From assembly GCA_035285545.1 (NCBI GenBank), contig JAYKGY010000025.1:1-18689 (forward strand): a stretch of DNA of 18,689 bases. The letters are read 5' to 3'. The DNA comes from Snowella sp. (GTDB lineage Bacteria; Cyanobacteriota; Cyanobacteriia; Cyanobacteriales; Microcystaceae). Position numbers and translations under genes: made by a program. Of this stretch, positions 16,318-18,689 are shown piece by piece. The stretch's first letter is position 1. Every line of letters begins with the position of its first letter. Below the pieces are notes generated by a model. That model had not been told where the DNA came from and did not search any database. It saw only the letters and a list, made by a program, of their open reading frames with translations.

Positions 16318-17053
16318 TCTCAAATTTTCCGATTCCGCTTGGTCATTGTCAGAACAACAGGTTCAGGTGTGGTGGTTTGAATTAAATCCGCCTGATAGTT
16401 TCGTTGAACCCTTAGTTGCTTTACTCTCAGAAGACGAAATTACCAGGGCGAACCGTTATCAATTTCCCCATCTCCGAACCCGTTATCAAGTAGCACATGG
16501 GATTTTGCGAATTCTTTTAGGTAACTATTTAAATCTTCATCCCCAACATATCGAGTTTATCTACAGCGATCGCGGTAAACCCCAATTAGCAGCACATTGC
16601 AATCCCTTAAATTTACAGTTCAATTTGTCCCATTCTGACAATTTAGCCCTGGTGGGAATTGGCTATAACCAACGCCTTGGGGTTGATGTGGAATGTCTGC
16701 GATCGCTGAAAAATGCCGAACTTTTGGCTCAACGTTTTTTTTCTCCCACTGAAGCTAAGTTATTCAAGCCAGTAAACCCTCAAACGCAGGAACAAATATT
16801 TTTTCAACTCTGGACGGCAAAAGAAGCCTATCTAAAAGCAACGGGGGAGGGCATTGCAGGCGGACTTGATCAAGTTGAGATTGGGCTTACTCCCCTACGA
16901 TTTTTAAAATGTCCCCAAAGTCCTAACCCTGATCCGCAATGGGCTTTACAGTCTTTTTCCATTGAACCGGATGGGAAGAACTATTATTTGGGCGCGATCG
17001 CGGTTGAAGGAAAGATCGAGACTTTAAGCATTGAGCAATTTCGCTATGGCTAG
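16301..17053 (+). CDS. hetI: 4'-phosphopantetheinyl transferase (Sfp/HetI type)
   Basis: LSEDE..RA, GKP.L, FNLSHS, GVDVE, FFQLWTAKEAYLKATGEG motifs. The start could instead be ATG 16307. Confidence 0.92.
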   Translation: MVMENNLKFSDSAWSLSEQQVQVWWFELNPPDSFVEPLVALLSEDEITRANRYQFPHLRTRYQVAHGILRILLGNYLNLHPQHIEFIYSDRGKPQLAAHCNPLNLQFNLSHSDNLALVGIGYNQRLGVDVECLRSLKNAELLAQRFFSPTEAKLFKPVNPQTQEQIFFQLWTAKEAYLKATGEGIAGGLDQVEIGLTPLRFLKCPQSPNPDPQWALQSFSIEPDGKNYYLGAIAVEGKIETLSIEQFRYG

Positions 17054-17195
17054 AGAGATGGATAAAAATTGATGATTTCATGAAAAATTGACCCTGAGCG
17101 CAAATCATGGTATTAAATGAACGTTGGGAAAAGTTCGCCCTGAAATCTTAAGTTATAATTTTGCTGTGTTCGCTAGAAAATAAAAAACGATAACA

Positions 17196-18350
17196 ATGCG
17201 CTTATTAAAACAAAATACCCATCAGTTTGAGGTGCAATCCCTTAAGCCCCTAAGCCTTTTATTCAAACACGCAGGTTGGCTCTCAGTCTTTCTTTGGTTA
17301 ATTTTCATCGCGCCTGTACAGGCCCTAGAATTACGGGTAGCGATTAAAAAAGGAGTCAGTGAAGTAAAAGTCGGTAGCTCTACCCCCGCCTTAGTAAAAG
17401 ATGGCGCAGGCAAGGTTTTAGGGACTCTCGCTGAATTAGTGCCCCAAGAAGCCCGTGCAAGCGGTCGAGGCGTTACCGTCGGTCAATGGCAAAGTAATCA
17501 GTTAATTATTGAACCGAATGGAGATGGAGTCGTTTGGATCGGCGATCGCTGGTATCGAGGCAGAACCCGTTTAATGCGTCAAGGAAATGGGGTAACCGCC
17601 ATTAACAATGTCAACCTAGAAGAATATTTATATAGTGTCGTTGGGGCAGAAGCTATTCCCACCTGGCCCCAGGAAGCCTTAAAAGCCCAAGCAGTAGCGG
17701 CTCGCAGTTTTGCGATTTATAAAAGCACGGCAGAAAGTAACCGTTTTTATGATCTCGACACCACGACTGCAACCCAAGTTTATAAGGGTCTAGAAAGTGA
17801 ATACGTCAGCACCATTGATGCGGTTAAAGCCACTGATGGGCAAGTAATGACCTACAACGGCAAAGTGATTCTCGCGGCTTTCCATGCTGCTTCAGGGGGA
17901 CACACGGAAAATGTTGAAAATGTGTGGAGTTCTCCCTTGCCGTATTTACGGGGGGTTGTCGATTATGATCAAACGTCTCCCGTGTTTCAATGGTCGCGCC
18001 AGTTCCGAGTCTCAGAACTCAGTCAATTAATCGGTGGAATTGGTTCGATTCGTTCAATGGTTCCCGAACGCACAACGCCTTTAGGTCGCATCGTCACCAT
18101 GAGGGTGGTTGGGAGTGGAGGCAGTAAGCAGTTAAGCGGTACTCAAATTCGCTCAGCCTTAAAATTACGCAGTACCCTATTCACCGTTTCTAATAGTGGC
18201 GGAACCTTCTCCATTAATGGGCGGGGGTCAGGGCATGGCATCGGTTTGAGTCAGTGGGGAGCCTATGGTCTTTCTGTTAAAAATGTCACCTACGACCGAA
18301 TTTTAGCTCATTATTATCAAAATGCGACCTTAACTCAATTAAACCGTTAG
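17196..18350 (+). CDS. SpoIID/LytB domain protein (peptidoglycan lytic transglycosylase-like)
   Basis: YRG, INNVNLEEYLYSVVGAE, EALKAQAVAARS, QVYKG, SGGHTE, PYLRGV.D and GHGIGLSQWGA motifs. Confidence 0.95.
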   Translation: MRLLKQNTHQFEVQSLKPLSLLFKHAGWLSVFLWLIFIAPVQALELRVAIKKGVSEVKVGSSTPALVKDGAGKVLGTLAELVPQEARASGRGVTVGQWQSNQLIIEPNGDGVVWIGDRWYRGRTRLMRQGNGVTAINNVNLEEYLYSVVGAEAIPTWPQEALKAQAVAARSFAIYKSTAESNRFYDLDTTTATQVYKGLESEYVSTIDAVKATDGQVMTYNGKVILAAFHAASGGHTENVENVWSSPLPYLRGVVDYDQTSPVFQWSRQFRVSELSQLIGGIGSIRSMVPERTTPLGRIVTMRVVGSGGSKQLSGTQIRSALKLRSTLFTVSNSGGTFSINGRGSGHGIGLSQWGAYGLSVKNVTYDRILAHYYQNATLTQLNR

Positions 18351-18375
18351 TTTGCAATCATCGCGATCGCGCCCA

Positions 18376-18392
18376 TCCCCCTATTTGGGGGA
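18376..18392. terminator. Short GC hairpin after SpoIID
   Basis: TCCCCC-TATTT-GGGGGA; lacks a clear U-tract. Confidence 0.35.
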
Positions 18393-18475
18393 AATTCATT
18401 CCCTGATCCAACAGAAATCGAAGATGTAAGTGACACGACTTGGAAGGTTATAAAGTAGGCAAAAGAAAAATAGCT

Positions 18476-18689
18476 TTAAATAGGCATTAAAACCTCCCTA
18501 ATTTGATTAACAGACTTACCTTGAGTCAATAGAGCTTGGGTAAACTCCACCACTTGCTGTAAGGCTTCACGAGAAAGGGAGTAGAGACGTTGACCAATAG
18601 TTTGCTCATTAACATCAGCAAAGTTGAACCGCTCAGAATTTTGTCCACCACAACTAGCGTCCTGAAGAACAGACTGCGCTACACAACTT
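18476..18689 (-). CDS. C-terminal fragment of a probable cyanobacterial DDE transposase (IS701/IS4-like; truncated by window edge)
   Basis: Open frame SCVAQSVLQDASCGGQNSERFNFADVNEQTIGQRLYSLSREALQQVVEFTQALLTQGKSVNQIREVLMPI* resembles cyanobacterial IS transposase C-termini (recognised from memory). A candidate IS end CACGACTTGG lies at about 18434. Confidence 0.6.
   Translation of the reverse strand, partial: SCVAQSVLQDASCGGQNSERFNFADVNEQTIGQRLYSLSREALQQVVEFTQALLTQGKSVNQIREVLMPI

Noticed and set aside
12983..17053. Secondary-metabolite cluster (ABC exporter plus PPTase)
   Set aside because: No NRPS, PKS or RiPP genes in the window; these are commonly core cyanobacterial genes.
10215..17413. 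Short ORFs 10215-10421, 11229-11417, 13609-13833, 14480-14710, 16923-17108 and 17222-17413
   Set aside because: They overlap confident genes in other frames or strands and have no motifs of their own.
6132..18371. Recurrent GCGATCGC as a novel repeat
   Set aside because: This is the well-known cyanobacterial HIP1 octamer; it is used here only as a host marker.

Overview
Cyanobacterial chromosomal window; the HIP1 octamer GCGATCGC occurs about 19 times between 6.1 and 18.4 kb. Bases 1-4869 are the right part of an AT-rich, HIP1-free integrative element inserted in a tRNA-Ser(UGA) gene. From left to right it holds: the 3' end of an ISL3 insertion; about 1 kb of non-coding DNA with 30-32 bp AT palindromes; an AAA_25/RepA-like helicase; an iteron-like array with a 74-bp period; a possible small transcription unit; a tyrosine integrase; tandem arm-like repeats; and a 3' tRNA-Ser fragment (att site). 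The helicase plus iteron module is bracketed by 43-bp direct repeats containing an 11-6-11 palindrome, which suggests a separately excisable or resolvable 2.6-kb mini-replicon (inference). The remainder is ordinary host DNA: tRNA-Leu(GAG), purD, two CsbD-family genes, a WecB/TagA glycosyltransferase, 5-formyl-THF cyclo-ligase, a stand-alone hydantoinase B/oxoprolinase, an ABC-2 exporter pair, DUF4340, a HetI/Sfp-type PPTase, SpoIID/LytB and several hypothetical genes. The window ends in the 3' end of a probable second IS transposase. All calls were made by eye, without database searches.
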